Positions 38,172 through 49,123 of a stretch of DNA of 64,000 nt are shown in pieces. This DNA comes from Patescibacteria group bacterium (GTDB lineage: Bacteria > Patescibacteriota > Patescibacteriia > Magasanikbacterales > GWA2-37-8): contig JBAZKA010000005.1 in assembly GCA_041651015.1 (NCBI GenBank), forward strand, positions 1,326 to 65,325. Direction: 5' to 3'. Numbering within the stretch: the stretch's first letter is position 1; every line of letters starts with the position of its first letter. The notes below the pieces were generated by a model. That model saw only the letters and a program-made list of their open reading frames with translations, ran no database searches and was not told where the DNA came from. A program made the position numbers and the translations under genes.

Positions 38172-41100
38172 TCAGCGCTTTATGTTTTTTAACACAAAAA
38201 AATTTGGTTTGAGCGCGATACTTTCAATCTTTGTATTTGTGACCATTTTCGGTTCATTATTTTTTGCGCCGCGTCCGGCGCGAGCACAAATGGACGCAAA
38301 TATTACAAATGCATTCAGGGCATGGCAAGTCAAAGGTACGGTTCAAGAAGTCAAACAAACTCTCAAAGAGAAAGCCCAGTTCATGTTTATGACCGCGCTC
38401 ATGAACGGCTTAAATTATTTTGCCAATAAAATCGCTTATGATATGGGCGTTTGGCTGGCCTCGGGTGATTGGGGTCAAGGGCCGTTTTCCAGCGGAAAAA
38501 GTTTTGGCAGTTATATGGCTCAAGTAGCCGGCGATTCGCTCGGTGAAATGCTTGGCTCACTCAGCGAAGATTTGGGTTTGAATCTCTGCGACTTGCCGGA
38601 TTTGCGTTTGGATTTGGCTCTGCAACTCGGTTTTCATTTTGCGTATAATGAACCAAAGCCGAAATGTTCATGGCAACAACTCCGTGCGGCCTATAATCCG
38701 GAAAATGTTTACAGCAAATATGCTAGTCGCGAGGGCTTGGCCGATAGAATCGGTTTGGGTGTGAATGTCAAAGACACTGATATGGGTATTTGGTTTAAAT
38801 CCAAAGAAACAATTGACGCTTATACCGAAGAACAAGTGGCCGGCGCTTCGGGCGAGGATGCGCGCGGCGAGGGTATCAGCGCCATGACGGAAATTATTTC
38901 CGGCAAACAAGTTACTCCGGCCGCTGCCATGAAACAAGAAATGCTGGCACAAACTCCATCCAAACAGCAAGAAGGGCGCGCGGCTGATACTCGTTCCATG
39001 ACCAATGCCGCTTTGCAAAAAGGCGCGACCACGGTGGCGCTCAACGCAGTCAGTACTTTTGTAAATACTTTACTGGGCACGGTGGTAAATAATTTTGTTA
39101 CCAAAGGCATGTTGCCGGGCGGAAAAACAATTTGCAACCCGGGACTCAGTATTACCGGCGTGGGTTGGAACCAATGCGCTGATTCTGATTCCTCCGACAC
39201 GCTTGCCGCAAATTATTACACCTCTGGTTCGGAAACGGACAACCGCCGGGCGGCTCAAGAATTATTTTCAGAATTGCTCGCGCCGAAAATTACTACTTTG
39301 GAAAATTATGATTTGGCCACCAATATGGCCGAGTGTTCCGAGGATAATAAATCTCCGGACGCCTGCGTGATTGATCAGTCATTCATGCAAATTTTACAGC
39401 AGGCTGATTTGGGTGACGCACTCACCATCAAGCAAGCGATGGAACGCGGACTTTTGCACGGCGATTGGAAATTAATATCCCCGAACAATGCCGAGGAAAC
39501 CGATAAATGGACTTGCGCCGAAGAAGCTTATTGTTATCGCAACATTAAATTTTTACGCCAAGCCAGAATTTTGCCGGTCGGATTTGAAATGGCCGCTTAT
39601 ATCGCCAATGCGTCCACTCCGCCGAGTTTGTCCGATGTGGTGAATGGTTTTTATGATGAATCAAGCGCGTATTATCATTTGATCAATCCACAGTGGGTAA
39701 TCAAAATGCCCAAAATGCGTTGCGCTTCGTATGCTTACGGCGCCGTGGCCCAAGACGGTGTGCGCGTGCAGGAATGTGTGGATTTGCAACATTGCGTCGG
39801 CTACAACAAAGACGGCACCTGCCAATCATGGGGTTATTGTATGAAAGAAAAACCGGTTTGGAAATTTGATGCCGGTTATTGCGATTCAATTTATAGTACT
39901 TGCAAAGCTTTCACCGGCGCAGACGGCGACGCTTCATACCTTACTCGCACATTGGACACCACTGAATGCAATTCAGATAATGTTGGTTGCGCCAGATATT
40001 CGCGCGACAAATATTATGTAAATTCATCAACCGTGGATTGGTATTCGCAGTTGGCCGTATATAATGCCACTGATGAAACTTTTACCAACACCGGAATTCA
40101 TTTTAATAAATCAGTTTCCACTTGCTCGGCCGAAAATGACGGGTGCAGCGCGTTCAAATTAGCGAGTGACAACTCCACTTTATTGTATCTCAAAAAGGCG
40201 CCGGATTATCTGGGTTGCTATGATGCCGACCCGTCAACCGCCGCCAATTCTTTAGCCTTGCTCAACAAAAAAATCTCCAACGGCGTCCAGTGGCCGATGA
40301 CTTTATCCGGCTTGAATTTGATTCAACCGCAAGACAAAAAAGCCTGCGCCAATTACGCGCAAGTTTGTTTGCCCGAAGAAGTAAATTGTAATTATTACAC
40401 GGCTTCATACACCGGCGAGAAAATTCCGGCCAAGTTTACTCCGGCAGTCGTGAGCGACGGCCTGGTGACTTGGAATGATCAATGCGACGCAGTCTGCAAC
40501 GGTTATGCCGCCTACCAAGAAATGCCGAGTAATTATTCCAGCGGGCAAAATTTATCATATATAATACCTTCGTCTGGAAATTCTTGCATTGCTTCGCAAT
40601 CCGGCTGTACCGCTTTTACCAATTTGAATGCCAACTCGGGCGGGATGGAACAAAAAGAATATTTTTCTTATCTGCGCCTCTGCGCTTTGCCTGATCAGAC
40701 CAAGCAAAAAAATTATACTGTTTACGAAAGTTCGGAATCCGGCGGTTATTCCATCAAGACTTACACCCTGGTAAAAAATGACAGCAACAACGGACCCAAA
40801 CAAATTTTCCGCGATGCCGACGAGTATGCCGAGTTAGCCCCGTTATGTTCTCAAACGGCTTATGAAGCCGGCACGGCTGATCCGGATTGTCATCAATTTA
40901 TCGGCGATGATGCCTCCAAATATTACGCGTTTTTATCCAAGACAATTATCGCGACCGACCAATGCACGCCATATCGTCTAAGTTCCCCGGAGCTAATAGC
41001 GTTAACCTCAACCGATTTGCGTTGCGCTTATGATTACGATTATTACGGCGTTGATCGCCGTGCCGGTTCTTCCACCGTGGAATTCAAGAGCAATGCCTGT

Positions 41101-44100
41101 TATTACATGGGCACGACCGTCGGTACCAATGGCGCGGGCGATACGCGCACCTGCAATTCTAATGTTGAATCCTGTCGCGCTTACAAAGGCAATGCCGGCA
41201 ACAACGTCAGATTATTATTAAATGAAGATTTTGAAAATGCCGATTTGACGAATTGGGGTGTGTCGGCCAGTTCCGCGTCCACTGTCACTATTGCCACTTC
41301 CACCGAGTCCACGCAAATTGATGGGCATTCTTTACGCGTGAATGTGAAGACGAATTCTAGTGCAGCCACGGCTTACGCGCAATTAAACGGCCTTCCCGTG
41401 ACCAAAGGTAAAGCTTACACCATATCATTTTGGGCCAAAGGCAGTGCGGCTCTGAAAAGTGTTAGTTTGGCGAGCGCGGATTTTGAAGGTTCGTTTACCG
41501 ACAGCGAAATTAATTCGTCCGATGTTTGGAAATATTATTCCTTCGGTCCGCTAAATTACAACGGCAGCGCGACTACTTCGATTTTATATTTACCTTTGAG
41601 TGCGACCGGCGGCGCGACCCAACAATTATTTATAGACAACATCCGCTTGACCGAGGTGGCTGATTATATATATTTGGTAAAAAATTCTTTGAGCGTCAAT
41701 GCGCTGTGCGACAGTGATACCTCGGATAATTTGCCGGGCGAGGCACTGGGTTGCACGGCTTATTCTGATCCGCTCAAAAATATGTTTTATCTCACCGGCT
41801 TTAATTATCTTTGCCGTGAAGCCGCAGTTGGCTGTACGGCCGTGCTGGACACCTACAACACGCCGGATGATCCCAATGCGCAAGCTTATAATGTTTGGAT
41901 TGCCGGCGCCTCAGGCGGTACCGCATCTGCTACTGTGGGCGGGGAAACATTTACTTGCCAAGTACCGACCGGCGAGACCGGATGTTATACCGATATAATG
42001 GGTTATACGGCGGCACAATTGGTGGCGGCCGGTAATGTTCACTTGACCAGTTCCACAATTTATATTCCGCCGGACACCACCACCTCCACCCCGATTTATT
42101 TGGTAGCCAATCAAAGCGCGACATGCAAAGCGGAAAATTTAGGTTGCGAAGTTTTGGGCAAATCAACGGTGAGTGCCAGCGGATTATCCTATAAGGTGGA
42201 TGGCATTCTGGTAGTCCATTACGAAACATTTGAAGAGACGGCCGTATTAAATAATCCCGCGCTTTATAGCGATACATTGTGTAAAAACGAAGAAGCCGGT
42301 TGCAGCGCGTGGACCTCGGGCGACAGCTCATATTATTTCAAAAAACCAAACGCCACCTGCACATACAAAACAGATAAATTTATTTCCATTGAGCCTCCGG
42401 CCGCCGGCGTGGAAATTAAATCAGTAAATCTAAAAGCCAATTCCATTGGCTGGGTGATGCAGGACACGGGCATTTGCGTGCGAAACGAACTTTCTTCTTA
42501 TGGAATTGTTGGTAGTTCCATCTTTGGTATTGGCGGTTTTATACTTAATTCAGGGTCCCATTACATGGGCCGATACTGCGCTACTGATGCCGATTGTGTT
42601 ATCGGCACCTCTACCGGTACCTGCAAATATGTCAATCAAGTGCCGTGTTATCCGGCTTCAAGAAAACCGAGCGGGGAATATCAATTATGGTCATCGGGTA
42701 ATCCTGTCAAATACTATAATTACGTCGGCACATGTCCACAAGAGCAATCCGGTTGCACCGAGTATGTTGATCATAGTTCATCTGATAATAACGTCTGCGC
42801 CATGACCGGCGAAGTCTGCACTGATGATAGCGATTGTGAGACAGAGGGTGATACTTGCGTGGCAAATGAGGATAGCGCGTATTATTTAATTGATAATGAA
42901 AAACTTCAAGCGCAAGAAGCGGCCTGTAATGGCCAGGTCAGCCAAGCCGAAGGTTGCGCCCTGTTGGACAATACCAATAATCCCAATAAATATTGGAACA
43001 CAACTTCATCATATGCGTTATCAACAAGCAATGATGAAAATTTGGTGACCCCGGTTGATAAAGGCAATGCCAATGATGCTAACACAATTTTAAAAGTCAA
43101 ACACGATCGCGAATGCGCCGAGTGGGCGTATTGTGATTTTAAACAAACATATGTTGATTCGGAAACCAATGAAACCGCTTCGCGCTGTTATCATTTGGGC
43201 GTATGCCAGCAAGCAAGCTCGGCGGTTGGAGTTAGCGGCCGATGCGCGGAAGGTGGCGTAGTGACTGGTAGTTGGCTTGGTAAAGACAAAGTGCTTGATA
43301 AAAATTACTATCAATCCCTTTATTCATCGTGGGATTCAATTGATTTGTCCGGATATTCCATACCTTTTACGTATCAAATACCTGATTTAAGAGTGCGTAA
43401 TGTTGATGATACTAATCGTTTGGTTTATGTGACCACGACCGCATTATGCACTGACGAGACTGATAACGGCAGTGCATGCGGCTCGGGTGGTGCTTGTTAT
43501 AACGGAGAATGCTTATTTAATTATATAGGTCCGGGAAATTCCGTCACTTCGTCACGAAGTATATCTTGTCGCAGCTATCCTGAAGACTCCAGTCCGTTTT
43601 CCACCAGCGTATTGAGTGACAATACGGTTTGGGGCGATGGCGGATCGTCTGGCGGACATTTAATGTCAGCAATATACAAAACCGGTTTTGAAAACACGAA
43701 TTTGTGTTATGATGATTCGGGCGAACTCACCAACAATAAATGTGATTGTAGCTATGATAAATTTCAAACATCGGGTGGGGATATCTTTACTCAGGTCGGA
43801 CGCTCCACCGCTTCGGGCTATGTTTGCTCGGGCGGATCATATAATGGCAAAGATTGCGACGGTTCGGATGATATAGATACCTGTGGCACTGGTGGGACGT
43901 GTTCAAAAGTAAATTCCGTATCAGTCATGACCGGTTGGCAAGGATATTGCATGGAAAAAGATTTACGTCAGACTATAAATGGTACAAGCAATCATCGTTG
44001 TCTTACATGGTGGCCGCTTGAGCTTGCTCCGGGAACTTCAGATATTTGGGCGACTGATCCGAGCGCCGGTTATGAAGTGGGTGAGACCGACGATCGGTAT

Positions 44101-46341
44101 ATGTGTTTGATTAATGCGCCGACCAACAGAAAGCGCTCCACTGCTTATCCTACTTTTAATATGGGAGGTGCCTCAATGCAGGCGGACTGGGGAAATTCCA
44201 CGGGTAGTCTTCAAGGTCCGAATGGTGAGGCGATTCTTTATTCCGGCTCAGCGACTGTTGTTTATAATTCTTTGGAAAATAGCATCGTCACCGGATGTTG
44301 GGACACGAGTGCTAATGCGTTTGATGCTATTTGGGGGTTGTCTATGTCAGATGGAGACGATTCGCAAGGTAAATATTGTCCAATAAATAAAAATACATTG
44401 AAAGAAGCCGGGTCAAATCTCGCTCGGATCAGTTTGCCGGTCGGGCAGACATATTTGCAGAGGAATGATATTGAGAGAATAGATGTTTATCTTGATAAAC
44501 GGTACTCTGGCGACGGTGGTGATGGTGCTGGTTGTAGTGACGGTTGGGTGAGTTTTTACAATGATTTACTTGACGAGAACGAGGATCAATCTTTTATCGT
44601 TAAAGAATGGTTTAGACCGGGTTGTACAAATTCAAGCTGGAGAAAAAAGAGTTTTGGTAGTACCCCTTATTCATTATTAACCGACTGGTATTCGTGGCAA
44701 TGGGAAGGGGGCAATCTCGACGGAGATGGTAATTGGGTTAAAGATAGCAGTATTGTGTACAATCTACAAAACGATACCTATGCGTCCATAACACAAAACA
44801 ATGATTCAGGCAATGGCACTGGTATTCGGATTATATTTGATTCCAAAAATAATTTCAGAGGTATCTGGGTTGATGGCGAAGATAACGCGTCTGGTAGTAC
44901 CGATATGGGATTTTTCTTTGTCATTACTCTACGTGATGGTCGTTGCGCGGAACAATTGCAAATTTCCGATGAAGATGATGAATATTTTGGTTTTAAACCA
45001 TTTACCGGAAGACTAGCACTTGGAGACTTATCTGTCGGTGGAGACTGGGCGGAGTTTGGATTGTCTGCCACTCGCACCAAAGAGATGGATAACCCAAATT
45101 ATGGTTTAAATAGTGATAGCTCACCGCGCACTCTTATCAATCCATTTGTTACGTTATTGGGCAAGTATGGTGCTAACGCCCACAGTCCGCAGGGTATCTC
45201 CGATCCAGATACGGCCATGACAATTCACGCTTCAGATTATGACGCCGGTGTGCCGTTGAGCGTAATGAGGGTGCAAGATGCACCAGCAAGCGAGTACGCG
45301 AGATTTTATGTTGAAAAAGTTAGTGACTGTGCGGCGAACCCGGGTGCACCATATTGTCAGATGCTTAAGCGAATGTTTGCTCGAGTTTATTCGGATAGAT
45401 TGCTGGTGCGCGTGTCGGACGGTGTTTACGCGTTCAAAGATGATCCGACGACATCCGATGGTACAATAGTGGTAAAAAACGGGACATCGGTAGATGACTT
45501 TGACTCTACTGCCGACGCTGCCAATCCGGCAACCGCAAAGACATTAAAATTAATTCTTTATCCGCCACGTGTGGCGGCTCCAACATCTGCCGGTTACGAG
45601 ATAGATGCAGTTGCAGTTAACGGACAAACATCCGGCAATGTGTACTTGGCATCTGGTGCGACTGCGGCGATTCAATTTTACGCGTGGGCTTCACCCAACC
45701 AAATGCCACTGCGCCGTGTCGCGGTCAGAAAAGGCGATGGCACGGATCCAGTAGCGGTTGAGAGCGAAAGTTTAAGTAATAAAAAACCGTCATGCAATAC
45801 AAAATTTTGTGATTGCAATCGCAATACGGGTACAGGTGGAGATGAATTTTGTATTCAGGACCTTAGTGAATTGATGCCTTGTAGTAATGATAGTGATTGC
45901 GACGGATTAACGAACAACACCGTATGCTCAGGCTCTTCCGCCTCCGGTTATACGACCTTTGGCTCGACTTCGGACACCGGCTGCAAAGCCGAACCCTATG
46001 ATTTCATTGTGGATTATTCTTGCCCAATGGGTGGCAGTGAAGGAGCAAAAGTTTATCCATCATCCGCCTCCACCTACGGCATAAATTGGAACACAGACAT
46101 TGTCGCCAATTTCGGTGATGTTCCTTACGTTTGCGCCTTCCAACCCAAAGTTCAGGTGTTGGATAATTGGGGTTGGTGCACTAGTCGAGCGCCAGGTACA
46201 AACGGTGGATGTAATTATTCTTCAAATGAATATGTGAATGGATACGGGTGTTATGCGGAGGATGTATATGATTATTGCGCTTTAAGTAAATCACAACCGT
46301 GGGTACTATATGGTGGTTACGTGGTCGTAGTGCCAATGTAA
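38158..46341 (+). CDS. Giant Cys-rich surface protein (2727 aa) with a CBM4/9-like module
   Basis: N-terminal signal/TM; dense Cys; CxxDxDC repeats (CATDADC, CTDDSDC, CSNDSDC); EDFEN..YTISFWAKG..WKYY..IDNIRL at about 41215-41655. Confidence 0.8.
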   Translation: MLRNNQRFMFFNTKKFGLSAILSIFVFVTIFGSLFFAPRPARAQMDANITNAFRAWQVKGTVQEVKQTLKEKAQFMFMTALMNGLNYFANKIAYDMGVWLASGDWGQGPFSSGKSFGSYMAQVAGDSLGEMLGSLSEDLGLNLCDLPDLRLDLALQLGFHFAYNEPKPKCSWQQLRAAYNPENVYSKYASREGLADRIGLGVNVKDTDMGIWFKSKETIDAYTEEQVAGASGEDARGEGISAMTEIISGKQVTPAAAMKQEMLAQTPSKQQEGRAADTRSMTNAALQKGATTVALNAVSTFVNTLLGTVVNNFVTKGMLPGGKTICNPGLSITGVGWNQCADSDSSDTLAANYYTSGSETDNRRAAQELFSELLAPKITTLENYDLATNMAECSEDNKSPDACVIDQSFMQILQQADLGDALTIKQAMERGLLHGDWKLISPNNAEETDKWTCAEEAYCYRNIKFLRQARILPVGFEMAAYIANASTPPSLSDVVNGFYDESSAYYHLINPQWVIKMPKMRCASYAYGAVAQDGVRVQECVDLQHCVGYNKDGTCQSWGYCMKEKPVWKFDAGYCDSIYSTCKAFTGADGDASYLTRTLDTTECNSDNVGCARYSRDKYYVNSSTVDWYSQLAVYNATDETFTNTGIHFNKSVSTCSAENDGCSAFKLASDNSTLLYLKKAPDYLGCYDADPSTAANSLALLNKKISNGVQWPMTLSGLNLIQPQDKKACANYAQVCLPEEVNCNYYTASYTGEKIPAKFTPAVVSDGLVTWNDQCDAVCNGYAAYQEMPSNYSSGQNLSYIIPSSGNSCIASQSGCTAFTNLNANSGGMEQKEYFSYLRLCALPDQTKQKNYTVYESSESGGYSIKTYTLVKNDSNNGPKQIFRDADEYAELAPLCSQTAYEAGTADPDCHQFIGDDASKYYAFLSKTIIATDQCTPYRLSSPELIALTSTDLRCAYDYDYYGVDRRAGSSTVEFKSNACYYMGTTVGTNGAGDTRTCNSNVESCRAYKGNAGNNVRLLLNEDFENADLTNWGVSASSASTVTIATSTESTQIDGHSLRVNVKTNSSAATAYAQLNGLPVTKGKAYTISFWAKGSAALKSVSLASADFEGSFTDSEINSSDVWKYYSFGPLNYNGSATTSILYLPLSATGGATQQLFIDNIRLTEVADYIYLVKNSLSVNALCDSDTSDNLPGEALGCTAYSDPLKNMFYLTGFNYLCREAAVGCTAVLDTYNTPDDPNAQAYNVWIAGASGGTASATVGGETFTCQVPTGETGCYTDIMGYTAAQLVAAGNVHLTSSTIYIPPDTTTSTPIYLVANQSATCKAENLGCEVLGKSTVSASGLSYKVDGILVVHYETFEETAVLNNPALYSDTLCKNEEAGCSAWTSGDSSYYFKKPNATCTYKTDKFISIEPPAAGVEIKSVNLKANSIGWVMQDTGICVRNELSSYGIVGSSIFGIGGFILNSGSHYMGRYCATDADCVIGTSTGTCKYVNQVPCYPASRKPSGEYQLWSSGNPVKYYNYVGTCPQEQSGCTEYVDHSSSDNNVCAMTGEVCTDDSDCETEGDTCVANEDSAYYLIDNEKLQAQEAACNGQVSQAEGCALLDNTNNPNKYWNTTSSYALSTSNDENLVTPVDKGNANDANTILKVKHDRECAEWAYCDFKQTYVDSETNETASRCYHLGVCQQASSAVGVSGRCAEGGVVTGSWLGKDKVLDKNYYQSLYSSWDSIDLSGYSIPFTYQIPDLRVRNVDDTNRLVYVTTTALCTDETDNGSACGSGGACYNGECLFNYIGPGNSVTSSRSISCRSYPEDSSPFSTSVLSDNTVWGDGGSSGGHLMSAIYKTGFENTNLCYDDSGELTNNKCDCSYDKFQTSGGDIFTQVGRSTASGYVCSGGSYNGKDCDGSDDIDTCGTGGTCSKVNSVSVMTGWQGYCMEKDLRQTINGTSNHRCLTWWPLELAPGTSDIWATDPSAGYEVGETDDRYMCLINAPTNRKRSTAYPTFNMGGASMQADWGNSTGSLQGPNGEAILYSGSATVVYNSLENSIVTGCWDTSANAFDAIWGLSMSDGDDSQGKYCPINKNTLKEAGSNLARISLPVGQTYLQRNDIERIDVYLDKRYSGDGGDGAGCSDGWVSFYNDLLDENEDQSFIVKEWFRPGCTNSSWRKKSFGSTPYSLLTDWYSWQWEGGNLDGDGNWVKDSSIVYNLQNDTYASITQNNDSGNGTGIRIIFDSKNNFRGIWVDGEDNASGSTDMGFFFVITLRDGRCAEQLQISDEDDEYFGFKPFTGRLALGDLSVGGDWAEFGLSATRTKEMDNPNYGLNSDSSPRTLINPFVTLLGKYGANAHSPQGISDPDTAMTIHASDYDAGVPLSVMRVQDAPASEYARFYVEKVSDCAANPGAPYCQMLKRMFARVYSDRLLVRVSDGVYAFKDDPTTSDGTIVVKNGTSVDDFDSTADAANPATAKTLKLILYPPRVAAPTSAGYEIDAVAVNGQTSGNVYLASGATAAIQFYAWASPNQMPLRRVAVRKGDGTDPVAVESESLSNKKPSCNTKFCDCNRNTGTGGDEFCIQDLSELMPCSNDSDCDGLTNNTVCSGSSASGYTTFGSTSDTGCKAEPYDFIVDYSCPMGGSEGAKVYPSSASTYGINWNTDIVANFGDVPYVCAFQPKVQVLDNWGWCTSRAPGTNGGCNYSSNEYVNGYGCYAEDVYDYCALSKSQPWVLYGGYVVVVPM
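45953..45987 (+). repeat. Junction repeat copy 1 (FGSTSDTGCK), inside the giant gene
   Basis: cctttggctcgacttcggacaccggctgcaaa; diverged from copies 2 and 3 mostly at synonymous sites. Confidence 0.75.
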
Positions 46342-46375
46342 ACAAATGATCAATGATTGAGGTAAAAAACGAATT

Positions 46376-46409
46376 AACCCACGCAAGAAATTGCGTGGGT
46401 TTGGTTTTT
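46376..46409 (+). terminator. Terminator after the giant gene
   Basis: aacccacgcaa-gaaa-ttgcgtgggtt; homologous copy at 48288-48323. Confidence 0.8.
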
Positions 46410-46460
46410 GTGGAGCTGTGCACTCCTTAGGTAGGACCGATCGCTTTGCGCGGTCGGCGG

Positions 46461-47003
46461 TTATGGCTGGTAACGAATGAGCGAATCTGCAATATCGTCA
46501 TTCACAACGATGTCAATTGAGTCTGAAGCCGCGTGGTAGATGATGCAAATCGTAGAGGTACTGCTAGAATAACAGACAGACGTACCAGTACCGACGAAAA
46601 CGACTTCCGAATTGATTGGGCAGCTGTCCTCTTCCCACGGTAGATCAGCGTGATCGGTTTCACATTGATCGTCCGGAAATTCCGTGGTAAAAACACAACC
46701 CAAGGAGGTGTTGTCTTGTCCAACCCACGTATCCGCAAAGAAGTCGCCGGTCTGGTTGCACGCTTCCTCGGCCTCGGTATCCGTCTCCGTATCCGCGTCG
46801 GTGTCGGAGTCGCTGTCGGAATCACTGTCGGAATCGGTATCCGTATCCGTATCGGAATCCGAGTCGGAATCACTGTCGGAATCGGTATCCGTATCCGTAT
46901 CGGAATCCGAATCCGCGGAACCGCCGTCATCACCACAGGCGGTGATGAACGAGAACAAGGAAATGATGGTGATGAGAATCGCGAACCGATAAAATTTTTC
47001 CAT
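46461..47003 (-). CDS. Acidic Asp-Ser/Thr-repeat lipoprotein-like protein 1
   Basis: GGAGG RBS, MEKFYRF hydrophobic signal, FITAC lipobox, GDDGG(DS/DT)n, Cys-containing C-terminal domain. Confidence 0.75.
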   Translation of the reverse strand: MEKFYRFAILITIISLFSFITACGDDGGSADSDSDTDTDTDSDSDSDSDSDTDTDTDSDSDSDSDSDTDADTETDTEAEEACNQTGDFFADTWVGQDNTSLGCVFTTEFPDDQCETDHADLPWEEDSCPINSEVVFVGTGTSVCYSSSTSTICIIYHAASDSIDIVVNDDIADSLIRYQP

Positions 47004-47132
47004 GGTACCCTCCCCATTGCCAACCCATCGGGCCGGCGTCAATCCGCGAGCTGACCGAAGTCAAAGCGCGGACTTTGTTGCGAACCTTTTTTGTTTCGCC
47101 CCCTCATGGGGCAGAGAAGCGCGGCCTAACGA

Positions 47133-47244
47133 AATGACAAATTTCCAATTTCCAATGTCAAATCAATGCCAAAATCCAAACGTCAAATTTTTAAATTTTG
47201 AGCTTTGGATTTGATTGAATATTTGTCATTGGATATTTGACATT
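47133..47244. repeat. AT-rich palindromic repeat inserted in the leader of lipoprotein 1
   Basis: Related to 13096-13177; absent from unit 2. Confidence 0.7.
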
Positions 47245-47279
47245 AAGCAACACTTTTCTACCTCATAAGAAAGGCGTCT

Positions 47280-47396
47280 AATCCTACCTGTATTGTAAAG
47301 AGCGGTTTTTGGCCGACATTCGGCCTCTATTTCTATTTTAACCCATTTTCGTGGGTAAAACAAGATATAATAGCACGTTTTGGGGGATTTGTCAAG
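47280..47396 (-). promoter_or_regulatory. Conserved promoter/leader of unit 1: TTGACA-17-TATTAT, two hairpins, boxA-like GCTCTTTACAA
   Basis: 47328-47396 matches 49197-49265 at 68/69 nt. Confidence 0.7.
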
Positions 47397-47446
47397 AGGG
47401 GGCGGGTGTGATAGTATAATGATAGCTAAATAATAATTTTATATCT

Positions 47447-47704
47447 ATGCGTCGGAATAAACTAAATTACAACCTAATTTTTCGTCCTGAACCGGAGGGT
47501 GGTTTTACCGTAGTTGTTCCATCATTACCTGGCTGCATTACCTATGGTAAAAGCCTTGAAGAAGCGCGCAAAGCGGCGGCAGACGCTATTCGTGGATATG
47601 TCGCCAGCCTAAAAAAACATCATGAATACCTCCCGACTGACGAAGCTAATTTTATATCCTCTTTTGATTTAGAAATATCCAAGCCATATGCCGCGCGCGC
47701 CTAG
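47447..47704 (+). CDS. hicB: HicB-family antitoxin
   Basis: PEPEGGFTVVVPSLPGCITYGKSLEEA..AIRGY. Confidence 0.9.
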   Translation: MRRNKLNYNLIFRPEPEGGFTVVVPSLPGCITYGKSLEEARKAAADAIRGYVASLKKHHEYLPTDEANFISSFDLEISKPYAARA

Positions 47705-47888
47705 GCTAACGGCCAAACAAATTATTAAAATGTTAAAAGAAAATGGTTTTGTATTAGACCATGCTTCCGGTAGTCATTATATTTTTTATCATCCGGTATC
47801 TCACAAACGAGTGACAGTGCCATATCATTCTAGGACACTCCCGATGGGCACACTAAAAAGTATTTTGCGAGCGGCAGAGTTGAATTGA
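47688..47888 (+). CDS. hicA: HicA-family toxin
   Basis: QIIKMLKENGF....GSHYIF....VTVPYH..L..GTLKSILRAA. Confidence 0.9.
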   Translation: MPRAPRLTAKQIIKMLKENGFVLDHASGSHYIFYHPVSHKRVTVPYHSRTLPMGTLKSILRAAELN

Positions 47889-47900
47889 ATTTTTCCCAAC

Positions 47901-48259
47901 TTTCCTTCGGCTCCACCGCCGACACCGGCTGTAAGAGTAGGCCGTTGGAATTTATCACTGATTACAACTGTCCGTCGGCCGCGGCAAATATAGTTGGTTG
48001 GGACACTTCAGGTTATGGTATTGATTGGAATTATATCGCCGCCAATTACGGTCATCCGACTTATGTTTGCGCCTTCAAACCAAAAGTTCAAGTGTTGGAT
48101 AATTGGGGTTGGTGCACGGGGAGTTGTACCAATGATGACGACGTGGTGAAGGGGAATGGGTGTTATTCAGAATCAGACACTGGAGACCAATGTAAAACAT
48201 CCTATACTAAACCATGGGTCAATTACGATGGATATATCGTTGTAGTGCCAGTGTTGTAA
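47901..48259 (+). other. Orphan alternative C-terminus of the giant protein, starting at junction repeat copy 2
   Basis: FGSTADTGCK..FITDYNCP..YGIDWN..YVCAFKPKVQVLDNWGWCT..GNGCY..PWV.Y.GYIVVVP parallels the last ~128 aa of the giant ORF; no clear start or RBS. Confidence 0.85.
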
Positions 48260-48383
48260 AATATAAATTACGTAGATAATAAAAAATAAACCCTCGCAAG
48301 AAATTGCGGGGGTTTGGTTTTTTGTGGAGCAAAGGCTCCGAGGTAGGATTGTTGTGCCGGCCAAGAGTTGGCCGACAGCGGGG

Positions 48384-48947
48384 TTAACAGCCGCAACGGA
48401 CGTAGGTCGTGCCATCAGTTTCTCCGTCATCCACGGAGTACTGTTGACGGAAACCACCGTCACTGTCAACGTAAAATTCCATTGTGGTTGATGTGTTAGC
48501 GTCGTACTCGCTATACGGCAATGCAGTCATATCTACTGTTCCGGTTGCGACAGCACCGTCACCGGAAAAAGTCACTTGACACGTGGTCACCGCGTATGTT
48601 AGGACGGTGTTGAGAATGTAGTCGGAGTCGCAACAATGATTTTCAGCGTACATATCGCCCTCAATGTCCACGCATCCCTCGGCATCCGATGTGCCGTTGA
48701 GGCAATCGCACGAAGTGTCGGCATCCGTGTCCGTGTCGGTATCCGAGTCGCTGTCCGAATCGGTATCGGTATCCGTATCCGAGTCGCTGTCGGAATCCGA
48801 ATCCGTGTCACTGTCGCTGTCCGAATCGGCATCGGTGTCCGAATCCGCAGAGGAACCGCCGTCGTCACCACAAGCGGTGACAAACGTGGAGAGGGAGGCC
48901 ATCATGACGATGGCCATGATCGCGAACAAATTCGCCAGCTTCGTCAT
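48384..48947 (-). CDS. Acidic Asp-Ser/Thr-repeat lipoprotein-like protein 2
   Basis: AAAAGGA RBS, signal peptide, FVTAC lipobox, GDDGGSS(DS/DT)n, different Cys-rich C-terminal domain. Confidence 0.75.
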   Translation of the reverse strand: MTKLANLFAIMAIVMMASLSTFVTACGDDGGSSADSDTDADSDSDSDTDSDSDSDSDTDTDTDSDSDSDTDTDTDADTSCDCLNGTSDAEGCVDIEGDMYAENHCCDSDYILNTVLTYAVTTCQVTFSGDGAVATGTVDMTALPYSEYDANTSTTMEFYVDSDGGFRQQYSVDDGETDGTTYVRCGC

Positions 48948-49123
48948 GGCTTTCTTCCTTTTTTACCTCAAACGCGTTCGCGAGTGAGGTTTGGTTGTAT
49001 CTGCTCGTTGCCCCTTTCGGGGACGACCCGTATAACCCGGGAATCTGACAACATTGATTAAGACAGATTAAAACTGATTTAAACTGACGCGACAATGCCG
49101 ACAAATTTCCGGATCATACTTTT

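Noticed and set aside
45953-48259. Duplicated C-terminus as a DGR template/variable repeat pair
   Set aside because: No reverse transcriptase in the window; the differences include indels and are not adenine-specific.
46502-49061. Arg/Ile/Pro- and Ser/Val/Glu-rich ORFs overlapping the lipoprotein genes
   Set aside because: Alternative-frame readings of the 6-nt Asp-Ser/Thr codon repeats.
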